Of a DNA stretch of 8,397 bases, positions 1 through 6,773 are shown piece by piece. Position 1 is the first letter of the stretch, and each line of letters starts with the position of its first letter. Source of the stretch: Prasinococcaceae sp. CCMP 1430 (Eukaryota; Plantae; Prasinodermophyta); NCBI GenBank assembly GCA_013416795.1, contig RQSC01000579.1:1-8397 (forward strand). Direction: 5' to 3'. The translations under genes and the position numbers were made by a program. The notes beneath the pieces are model-generated. The model searched no databases. It was given only the letters and a program-made list of their open reading frames with translations, and was not told the origin of the DNA.

Positions 1-1
1 A

Positions 2-349
2 GAAGCTGATCTGACTGTACTTGGCAGCAAACAAAGGCAGAAATCCCCAGAGGACATGGGTGCCAGAAGAGGGACACGCGGGGTGGCCAAAGGTATGCCG
101 GCCTCCCCCTCCGCTCAGGGGCATGTACCTCTTGCCAATGTATTTCAGCATCCTACTGGAATGCCTGTCTATGTGGGGATCAACACCCAAGTGGTTGAAG
201 AGCAGGCTACCATCCTTCGTTCTCCTCGAGGTCCAACTTTAGAGCAAACAGGGTTCTTTAGAAGGCCAGCTGACAGACCTAGAGGGCTGTCCAGATCTAG
301 GTCCAGATCTCCGTCTCCTGATCCTGAAGCCCCAGGAACCACCCCTTAA
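2..349 (+). CDS. C-terminal part of ORF3 from the upstream copy (5' truncated by the window edge)
   Basis: Frame is open from base 2 (EADLTVLGSKQRQKSPEDMGARRG...RSRSRSPSPDPEAPGTTP*) and is collinear with the frame at 8103-8397. The ATG at 56 is internal and reads AGG in the other copy. Confidence 0.85.
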   Translation, partial: EADLTVLGSKQRQKSPEDMGARRGTRGVAKGMPASPSAQGHVPLANVFQHPTGMPVYVGINTQVVEEQATILRSPRGPTLEQTGFFRRPADRPRGLSRSRSRSPSPDPEAPGTTP

Positions 350-447
350 GGTGACAGGCTGAAAAGATAGTCAGTAAGGGAGGCTGGTCAGGGTCAGTTT
401 CTTTATTTAAAGCTTTTGCAGTTTAATGTTGTCGAGGCGACAACAAG

Positions 448-461
448 TTAAGTTGGAGGGA
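448..461 (+). other. Polypurine tract (plus-strand primer) before the LTR
   Basis: TTAAGTTGGAGGGA ends 1 nt before the LTR-initial TG at 463. Confidence 0.85.
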
Positions 462-462
462 T

Positions 463-1208
463 TGTAATGAATCAGTATATTAGTAGATATAATATTCATT
501 TAAATATAATAGTTAATTTAGTTCAGCCTGCTGAACTTTAGTTAGTAGTCAGTCTGCTGAACTTTAGTTAATAATCAGTCTGCTGGACTTTACATAATTA
601 TCAGTTTAATGACTCGGCCAAAAGCAGCAGGCTGAAGTCAACTTAAGTCAGCTTGCTGACACATTCTTTGACAGCCAGCTGACTTCCGTGCTCGGTAGCA
701 GCGAACTGCCTTGATATGCATCTAAGTACCACCTGCTAGATGAATGGCCAGATGACATCCCCATGATGGATGGCTATTCGGGATGATGGGAGATGGCGGT
801 GGATTTGGTTAACCGAGGTCCTACCAACGTGGTTAACTCCCGGGTAGGCGGTGCCATCGCACTGACCGTTGAACAGTAAACTCATTCCATGTACATATGC
901 TAGGCATTGCTCTCGAGTTCGGCATTCGGAAACGAGGCCAACTCTCTTGTACAGCTTACTGAGAGAGATCTGAATCCAAGGCGAGAAGCCATTGATACGC
1001 ACTGTCTTCTAACCTTGCTTATGTATGAGTTTACTGATTTGCATTATTGATGCTAGTTTACTCTCATTTGACTGACGAGTATTATTCACTGCTAGTGTGT
1101 TGTCCTTTGCCGTTAAACCAGTTAACGGAAAATACCATAAAGATTACTTGCTGATATAAAGATCTTTATTAATTGTTAATCGCCTATTTGGTAAGTCGAT
1201 TCATTTCA
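463..1208 (+). repeat. Long terminal repeat, 746 bp, TG...CA
   Basis: Starts TGTAATGAATC and ends GATTCATTTCA, an 11-bp terminal inverted repeat with 10/11 matches; PPT on the left and PBS on the right. Only one LTR copy is in the window, so the limits rest on these signals. Confidence 0.88.
523..605 (+). repeat. 26-bp tandem repeat, three full units plus a partial, in the presumed U3
   Basis: Units start at 523 (tcagcctgctgaactttagttagtag), 549 (tcagtctgctgaactttagttaataa), 575 (tcagtctgctggactttacataatta) and 601 (tcagt). Confidence 0.9.
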
Positions 1209-1209
1209 G

Positions 1210-1221
1210 TGGTATCGGAGC
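1210..1221 (+). other. Primer binding site for initiator tRNA-Met
   Basis: TGGTATCGGAGC 1 nt after the LTR-terminal CA; differs from the common plant PBS TGGTATCAGAGC by one A>G, which a G-U wobble would tolerate. Confidence 0.88.
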
Positions 1222-1242
1222 AGTTATCACAGTCTTCTTTGT

Positions 1243-2721
1243 ATGGTAAGGACAAGGTCTCAAACTAGCAACTCCCGAGACATGGAGAACCAGGATAACG
1301 AGAATGTCGAAAACCAGGCGGAAAGCCATGTAGCGGGAAACCGTACCTATTCGGAAGCAGTAGCGGATACTGCAGCTAGGGAGGCTGCAGATGAGGCAGC
1401 TGCTATTGCCTCAGTCGCAGCTCAGCAAGCTGAGGAGGAGATAGCCAGACTAGAAGCTGAACAAGTAGCAAAGGCCGCTGAAGATATACAAAGGAGGGAA
1501 GGACAGCCAGCTGACGAGCGCACTGTTGAAGAACTTATGGCATCAAGGGCCAATGTTCTGAACCCACCTCCTGCTGTACAACTCAATGTACCCCTAGGTC
1601 AAATACGTGACCGGCTGAATGCGGCAGGAATTGCTGCTGCAGGAGCGAGAGGGATTGTTGAGGACACTACTCAGCGAGTAGATGCCAATGCTGCTGCTGC
1701 ATTTGCTAATCTACCACCCCAGAGTGTAGACTTGGGAGCATTGTTCGTTCAGATGCAGTCGCAAATGGCGACCATGTATCAGTCCCAGCAGGAGGACAAA
1801 AGAATCATAATGTCCCTACTCCGGGACAGAGACCAACTGGGGTCTCACACCACTAGTGGTGGTGGCCGAGGGCCTAGTAAGCCCAAGCCGAAACCTCCCC
1901 AGGACTATGATCCTGAGGGAAACAGAAAATATTACCTGATCAAGTTTCTCGCGGATGTTGAGCAGTGGCTGGAGAACTACCCAGAACTGCAAGATTACGA
2001 GAAGGTCAGGCACACCGGTGCGCTACTGAAAGGCAGTGCCGCAGACTGGTGGCTTTACTGGAAGGAAGAGCGTAAGGCTCGGCAACTCGGTGACCCTACG
2101 TGGGTAGAGTTTGTCGAGAAGTTGCATGAGAAGTTTGATGTCATCAACCAGCAGGAGAAAGCTATCTATGCGATGATCTCCCTGACACTGAAGCAGACCA
2201 CTTCAGTTGCTGAGTTTGCTCAAAAGTTCCAAGAGAACATGATGAAGCAGCCTGATTTGCCAGAACGGTATAGGATAGCATACTTCAGGTATGGCTTGAA
2301 ATCCGAGGTCTCTGGTCATTTTGCTGAGAAAAAGTATGAGAAACTGGCTGACTTGATCCAGGATGCTGACGCCTGGGATCAGCAGCAGTTCAATCACAAG
2401 CGCCAGAGTAACGCTTTGGTGTCTAAGATTGTCAAAAAGCCCCACGGTTCCTACAATGCAGTTGAAGGAGACCAGGCTGAGGATAATCAGGGTGATGAAT
2501 ATGAGTATGAGTACAATGCTATTCAGTCTAGAGGTAGAGGTGGTCCCTCTCGAGGTGGCTATGGAAGGGGTGGTGGTAGGACTAAGCCGAGACCAGCCTC
2601 AGCAAAATCTACTTGCTACCATTGTCAGCAGAAAGGCCACTACAGAGAACAGTGTCCGGTCAAGCACCTGCCTAAGGTCGAGAGAAAAGACCAGCCTTTA
2701 AAAGACAGCAACAGTCAGTAA
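1243..2721 (+). CDS. gag: Gag polyprotein, 492 aa
   Basis: Ala/Glu-rich N-terminus, capsid-like segment LKGSAADWW...[16 protein letters not shown]-rich stretch and a CX2CX4HX4C zinc knuckle ([14 protein letters not shown]). Confidence 0.93.
   Translation: MVRTRSQTSNSRDMENQDNENVENQAESHVAGNRTYSEAVADTAAREAADEAAAIASVAAQQAEEEIARLEAEQVAKAAEDIQRREGQPADERTVEELMASRANVLNPPPAVQLNVPLGQIRDRLNAAGIAAAGARGIVEDTTQRVDANAAAAFANLPPQSVDLGALFVQMQSQMATMYQSQQEDKRIIMSLLRDRDQLGSHTTSGGGRGPSKPKPKPPQDYDPEGNRKYYLIKFLADVEQWLENYPELQDYEKVRHTGALLKGSAADWWLYWKEERKARQLGDPTWVEFVEKLHEKFDVINQQEKAIYAMISLTLKQTTSVAEFAQKFQENMMKQPDLPERYRIAYFRYGLKSEVSGHFAEKKYEKLADLIQDADAWDQQQFNHKRQSNALVSKIVKKPHGSYNAVEGDQAEDNQGDEYEYEYNAIQSRGRGGPSRGGYGRGGGRTKPRPASAKSTCYHCQQKGHYREQCPVKHLPKVERKDQPLKDSNSQ
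2614..2655 (+). other. Gag nucleocapsid CCHC zinc knuckle
   Basis: Encodes [14 protein letters not shown]. Confidence 0.92.
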
Positions 2722-2738
2722 TCCAGTCTACTGACTGT
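2697..2738 (+). promoter_or_regulatory. Programmed -1 ribosomal frameshift signal at the gag-pol junction
   Basis: Slippery heptamer T TTA AAA (2697-2703) phased correctly in gag, a 7-nt spacer, then a perfect 10-bp stem ACAGTCAGTA (2711-2720) / TACTGACTGT (2729-2738). The pol frame is -1 to gag and open from 2676. Confidence 0.85.
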
Positions 2739-5700
2739 GAGGATGCTAGAGATAGTGAGTCGTCACTAGCTGCCCTCGTAGCAGGTATTATGGGTCCTGC
2801 TGAACTGGATTCACTATGCATGCCTGACAACCAGATAAAGGAGACCATCAGCAATATAGACGTCCAGAGAGTGCACACTCTGGATGCTCTTGTTCCACCT
2901 GATGTCCAACATTTCTTTGCTACGTCAGGAGAACAATGCGAAAGTCAGGAAAAGACAGTCCCCCCTATCCTACTGCATTGCATGATTGCAGGTAGGAAGG
3001 TGAGGGCATTTGTTGACGGAGGGGCGTCACATACTTTTATCCACAAGGACTTAGTTAAGCGGCTAAGGCTGCCTACTGTCACCCAAGGGAATAGAAAAAT
3101 ATTCCTTGGAGATGCCTCAAGTATCCCGGGAGGAGTTATAACCAAGCCTATTGAGGTCCAGTTAGGTTCTGGCATTGCAGTTCTAACTGAAACGCTTACA
3201 TTTGAGGTACTCAACACTGGCTTTTATGATCTCGTGCTAGGCAGGTCCTGGCTTAATAGACATCAAGCTGAAGTGTGTTGGAGCAGAGGTACAGTTAAAG
3301 TGAGAGGAGCCAGTGATGGGCAGACTGACTTGGCACCCACCAGTGCTCTTCCTCTTGTCCTGTGTGGATGGCAAATGAAGGAAAAGAAGAGGCTTCCAGA
3401 AGGATGCAAGTTGCTGAATGCAATGGAGTTCGTCAAAAGCTGGAACCAGAAGGAAGACAGAATGTTCTGTCTGCTGCTAAGAGAGGTACCTCCTCAACCT
3501 GAAGAAGTGGTTGAGAAAAAGGTAAGCCCTCCGGAGCACCCTACTGCTGCAAAAATTGTTGCTCAGTACACTGATGTATTTAATATGCCTCCAGGACTAC
3601 CCCCTAAGAGGGAAGTAGATCATAGGATTGATTTATTACCTGGGAGTCAGCCACCTTGGCAACGCACGTATGGCTTGTCTTATGTGGAGAGCGAGGAGTT
3701 GAAAACACAGATTGCAGAGCTTGAGGAAAATGGTTATATTTCTCCCAGTAAATCACCTTACGGCGCACCCATCCTATTTGTTAAGAAAAAGGATGGCAGT
3801 ATGCGGATGTGTGTGGATTACAGAGCCCTGAACAGAATTACAGTAAAGAACAAGTATGCTTTACCCAGAATCGAGGACTTGCTTGATACCCTGTCTGGCG
3901 CTAAGGTGTTCAGTAAGATAGATCTCAAGAGTGGTTATCATCAAATCAGAATTGCTGAGGGGGATGAACACAAGACTGCTTTCCGCACACGTTATGGACA
4001 CTATGAGTTCAACGTGATGCCATTTGGACTGACTAATGCTCCTGCTACCTTCATGGGTGCTATGAATGACATTTTCAGACCTTATTTGGATAAGTTTGTG
4101 CAAGTTTTCCTGGATGATATTTTAATTTTCTCTAAAGATGAAGCTCAGCACACTGAACACTTAAAGAAAGTGCTGGACACTCTGCGGAAAAATCACTTGT
4201 ATGCTAAAATGAGCAAGTGTGATTTCTTTAAGGAAAGTATTGAATTCTTAGGCCACGTTGTCAGTAAAGAGGGCATCAGTGTGGATCCTAAGAAAGTCCA
4301 GACCATAAGGGACTGGCCAGTACCACAGTCTGTCTCTGAAGTTAGATCCTTCCTCGGGTTGGCTAACTACTATAGGAGATTTATTGAGAATTATTCCACA
4401 AAGGCCAGTAAACTGACTGACCTTACTAAGAAAGACATCGGGTATGTGTGGGGGGAAGAGCAGCAGGCTGCCTTCCAGACCCTTAAAGATGCCCTTTGTT
4501 CTGCCCCAGTGCTAGCCGTGTATGACCCCAGCAAACCGGTGCAGGTGGTTACTGATGCCTCTGACTTTGCCATGGGTGCTATTTTGTTGCAGCCTGCTGA
4601 CAAAACCACAAAGGATGGTAAGGTACGGCAGGAGTGGCATCCTGTGTTGTATGAGTCTATGAAATTTAATCCAGCGGAGATTAATTACTCAGTGCATGAT
4701 AAAGAGCTGCTAGCTATCATTCATGTACTCAAACAGTGGAGAGCATACTTACATGGTAAAGCTTTTAAGGTGATTACAGATCATCTAGCTCTGACCCACT
4801 TTCAGAAGAAGTCCAAGCTGTCGAGGAGGGAGAACCGCTGGAGCCAGATGCTGGAGCAGTTCCAAGTCCAGATCGACTACAAACCAGGGAAGTTGAATCC
4901 TGCTGATGCACTCTCTAGAAGACCTGACTTGCAAGAAAGGAACTTTAGTCAGCATGCTGTAGATAAAGTCCTGTGTGCACTCACTTCACTAAAGGTGAAA
5001 AAGTCCTTCCTTGAACAACTTAGGAAAGCCTACCTTTCTGACCCAACATTTGAGCCCAGCCCCACTACTGGTGTGTGTCGTGCTACTGCACTCGGGTATA
5101 AGCTCAAGGGAGGGGTCTGGGTGACTGAAACCACTTCAGGCAGGCTGAAGCTGGTCATTCCTAATAACTTGGAAATAAGGTCTCTCTTACTGAGTCAAGC
5201 TCATGACAGTCTCCTGGGTGGACATTTGGGGCAGGCCAAAACTGTTGGCAAACTGGCAAAACATTATCATTGGGAGGGGTTACCCCGGGAGGTCTTGAAA
5301 TATGTCAAGTCCTGTGACCAGTGTCAGAGAAATAAGTCTCGGCACACACCACCCGGAGGTCTCTTGCAACCGCTACCCATCCCAGCGGGACGCTGGGAAA
5401 CTATATCCATGGACTGGGTGGTCTCACTACCAAGAACTGCCAACGGGCATGATTCAATACTGGTAGTCGTGGATAAACTGACAAAAATGGTCATTTTTAT
5501 CCCCACAACTGTCAAAGTGACTGCACTCGAAACAGCGAGACAGTTTTACAACCATGTAGTATGCCAACATGGGCTCCCTTCTAATATCATCTCAGACAGA
5601 GACTCAAAATTCACCTCTAAGTTCTGGAGAGCTTTAATGGGGTTAATGGGAGTCAAACAGCTGCTCAGCACAGCAAACCACCCTCAGACTGATGGGCAGA

Positions 5701-6506
5701 CTGAAAGAACTAACCGAGTTCTGCAGGAGGTGCTGAGAGCATATATTAACCAAAAACAAGATAATTGGGATGACCTGTTGCCTCAAATTCAGTTTGCGGT
5801 CAACAGTGCGGTGCACGCGTCAACGGGCAAAACTCCTTTTGAACTCAGCCTGGGTAGAGTCCCTAAGTCTCCTCTAGATGTGCTAGGGGAATCTTTAACT
5901 CACCCTGAAGGGATTGACAACCCGGTCTCCCTCCAGTTAACTCAGGAGTTTGCTGACACCCTGTCAGAAGTCCAACGAAACTTGCACACGGCCCAAGAAA
6001 ACCAACAAAAATACGCTAATCAACACCGTCGGGAACTGACATTTTCCAAGGGGGATTTAGTCAAACTGCATTCTCAGCACCTGTACCTCCCTGGTGTGGT
6101 CAAGAAAAAGCTTGGCCCTGTCTGGGTCGGTCCATATTCGGTGGTCCGTCGTGTCGGTCAGAATGCTTACAAACTGAACATGTCAGCTGAATACAAGGGG
6201 CACCCGGTCTTTAATGTCTCCTTCCTGGAACCGTACATCAAAGGTGATACACTGTTCACAGGTCGGTTCCCTGTCCAACCGGGACCGGTCCCCGCTGTCC
6301 GGGACGGCGACCCTGAGGAATATGAGGTCGATGAGATTTTAGACGCTCGCTCGGTCCGTCGATCGTCTAAATATGTCATGAAATACCTCATTCGATGGAA
6401 GGGTTACGATGCCTCTGGGGACACTTGGGAGTTTAAGGACCACTTGACCAATGCCAAAGGGGCGTTGACACGGTTCCACCTTCGGGCCGCTGGAGTCCCT
6501 CCATAA
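2697..6506 (+). CDS. pol: Pol polyprotein (protease, RT, RNase H, integrase, chromodomain), probably made as a Gag-Pol fusion
   Basis: Frame is open 2676-6506 and the track ORF starts at ATG 2790. Motifs: [84 protein letters not shown], chromodomain. Confidence 0.97.
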   Translation, partial: FKRQQQSVIQSTDCEDARDSESSLAALVAGIMGPAELDSLCMPDNQIKETISNIDVQRVHTLDALVPPDVQHFFATSGEQCESQEKTVPPILLHCMIAGRKVRAFVDGGASHTFIHKDLVKRLRLPTVTQGNRKIFLGDASSIPGGVITKPIEVQLGSGIAVLTETLTFEVLNTGFYDLVLGRSWLNRHQAEVCWSRGTVKVRGASDGQTDLAPTSALPLVLCGWQMKEKKRLPEGCKLLNAMEFVKSWNQKEDRMFCLLLREVPPQPEEVVEKKVSPPEHPTAAKIVAQYTDVFNMPPGLPPKREVDHRIDLLPGSQPPWQRTYGLSYVESEELKTQIAELEENGYISPSKSPYGAPILFVKKKDGSMRMCVDYRALNRITVKNKYALPRIEDLLDTLSGAKVFSKIDLKSGYHQIRIAEGDEHKTAFRTRYGHYEFNVMPFGLTNAPATFMGAMNDIFRPYLDKFVQVFLDDILIFSKDEAQHTEHLKKVLDTLRKNHLYAKMSKCDFFKESIEFLGHVVSKEGISVDPKKVQTIRDWPVPQSVSEVRSFLGLANYYRRFIENYSTKASKLTDLTKKDIGYVWGEEQQAAFQTLKDALCSAPVLAVYDPSKPVQVVTDASDFAMGAILLQPADKTTKDGKVRQEWHPVLYESMKFNPAEINYSVHDKELLAIIHVLKQWRAYLHGKAFKVITDHLALTHFQKKSKLSRRENRWSQMLEQFQVQIDYKPGKLNPADALSRRPDLQERNFSQHAVDKVLCALTSLKVKKSFLEQLRKAYLSDPTFEPSPTTGVCRATALGYKLKGGVWVTETTSGRLKLVIPNNLEIRSLLLSQAHDSLLGGHLGQAKTVGKLAKHYHWEGLPREVLKYVKSCDQCQRNKSRHTPPGGLLQPLPIPAGRWETISMDWVVSLPRTANGHDSILVVVDKLTKMVIFIPTTVKVTALETARQFYNHVVCQHGLPSNIISDRDSKFTSKFWRALMGLMGVKQLLSTANHPQTDGQTERTNRVLQEVLRAYINQKQDNWDDLLPQIQFAVNSAVHASTGKTPFELSLGRVPKSPLDVLGESLTHPEGIDNPVSLQLTQEFADTLSEVQRNLHTAQENQQKYANQHRRELTFSKGDLVKLHSQHLYLPGVVKKKLGPVWVGPYSVVRRVGQNAYKLNMSAEYKGHPVFNVSFLEPYIKGDTLFTGRFPVQPGPVPAVRDGDPEEYEVDEILDARSVRRSSKYVMKYLIRWKGYDASGDTWEFKDHLTNAKGALTRFHLRAAGVPP
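2970..3303 (+). other. Aspartic protease domain (limits approximate)
   Basis: [14 protein letters not shown] with catalytic Asp at 3015-3017, and downstream [10 protein letters not shown]. Confidence 0.85.
3618..4265 (+). other. Reverse transcriptase core (limits approximate)
   Basis: [30 protein letters not shown] at 4107-4118, FLGHVVS. Confidence 0.95.
4545..4919 (+). other. RNase H domain (limits approximate)
   Basis: [42 protein letters not shown]. Confidence 0.92.
5199..6240 (+). other. Integrase: HHCC zinc finger, DDE core and GPY/F region (limits approximate)
   Basis: AHDSLLGGH...CDQC (5202-5324), [23 protein letters not shown] at 6129-6137. Confidence 0.93.
6318..6482 (+). other. 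Integrase C-terminal chromodomain
   Basis: [43 protein letters not shown] fits the chromodomain pattern and keeps the three aromatic-cage positions (Y, W, Y). Confidence 0.92.
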
Positions 6507-6554
6507 CTGTCATTTCAGTTGACACGGGAAGGTGACAGGCGGTCCTGTCTCCAT

Positions 6555-6569
6555 TTAAGTTGGAGGGGA
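6555..6569 (+). other. Internal second copy of the polypurine tract
   Basis: TTAAGTTGGAGGG (6555-6567) is identical to 448-460 and starts 49 nt after the pol stop; no LTR follows it. Confidence 0.75.
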
Positions 6570-6669
6570 AAATATATGACAGTTAGTGAGCGAGAGCGAT
6601 AAAAACACACTCATACGTTTATGTGTAGCGCATCGCAACTACGTCAACTTTTAGCAATCATCCTGTAAG

Positions 6670-6772
6670 GTAAACAGCAGCGAAGCCACTATACTAAATA
6701 CTAACATACTTCCTGCAATCCCTATGACAAAGGTCCATATCCTACTAACTTGTGCCCTGGTTACATGTGCAG
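6670..6772 (+). other. Putative 103-nt intron in the ORF3 leader
   Basis: Donor AAG|GTAAAC at 6670, TACTAAC at 6699-6705 and 6743-6749, acceptor TGCAG|G ending at 6772, one base before ATG 6774. Polypyrimidine tract is weak. Confidence 0.5.
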
Positions 6773-6773
6773 G

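Larger units (their letters stand above)
1..462 (+). mobile_element. 3' internal region of an upstream copy of the same element (ORF3 C-terminus, 3' UTR, PPT)
   Basis: 1-296 matches 8102-8397 with 12 substitutions and no indels; the region ends in a PPT directly before the LTR. Confidence 0.9.

Noticed and set aside
21-242. 73-aa plus-strand ORF
   Set aside because: It overlaps ORF3 in another frame and its start is not conserved in the second copy; the silent-site pattern favours the ORF3 frame.
1-296. Treating 1-296 and 8102-8397 as the element's two LTRs
   Set aside because: They are coding ORF3 sequence cut by the window edges, lack TG...CA ends and have no adjacent PBS or PPT. The true LTR is 463-1208.
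374-421. Possible 48-nt intron in the 3' UTR (GTAAGG...TTTTGCAG)
   Set aside because: Very short, with no clear branch site and no supporting evidence.
736-1002. 88-aa antisense ORF in the LTR
   Set aside because: Short, no recognisable motif, and of a length expected by chance.
1072-1135. Hammerhead ribozyme core (CTGACGA followed by GGAAA and a CCGTTAA/TTAACGG stem)
   Set aside because: The GAAA is not placed after a closed stem II and no stem III/NUH arrangement can be built. Only a simple 7-bp hairpin (1110-1128) is supported.
1243-1251. Splicing from ATG|GTAAGG at the gag start to the acceptor at 6772
   Set aside because: The join would put the gag ATG into the frame that stops at 6970, not the ORF3 frame.
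4107-4118. RT catalytic motif FLDD instead of YxDD as a sign of inactivity
   Set aside because: FxDD is a common variant in chromoviral RTs.
1816-6391. Small antisense or alternative-frame ORFs inside gag and pol (1816-2013, 2203-2445, 2363-2701, 2672-2878, 2945-3217, 3861-4103, 4391-4609, 5324-5515, 6167-6391)
   Set aside because: All are 63-112 aa shadows of the long gag and pol frames with no motifs.
6504-6773. Stop-codon readthrough fusing Pol to ORF3, which share a frame
   Set aside because: Further in-frame stops at 6600, 6666 and 6702 block readthrough.
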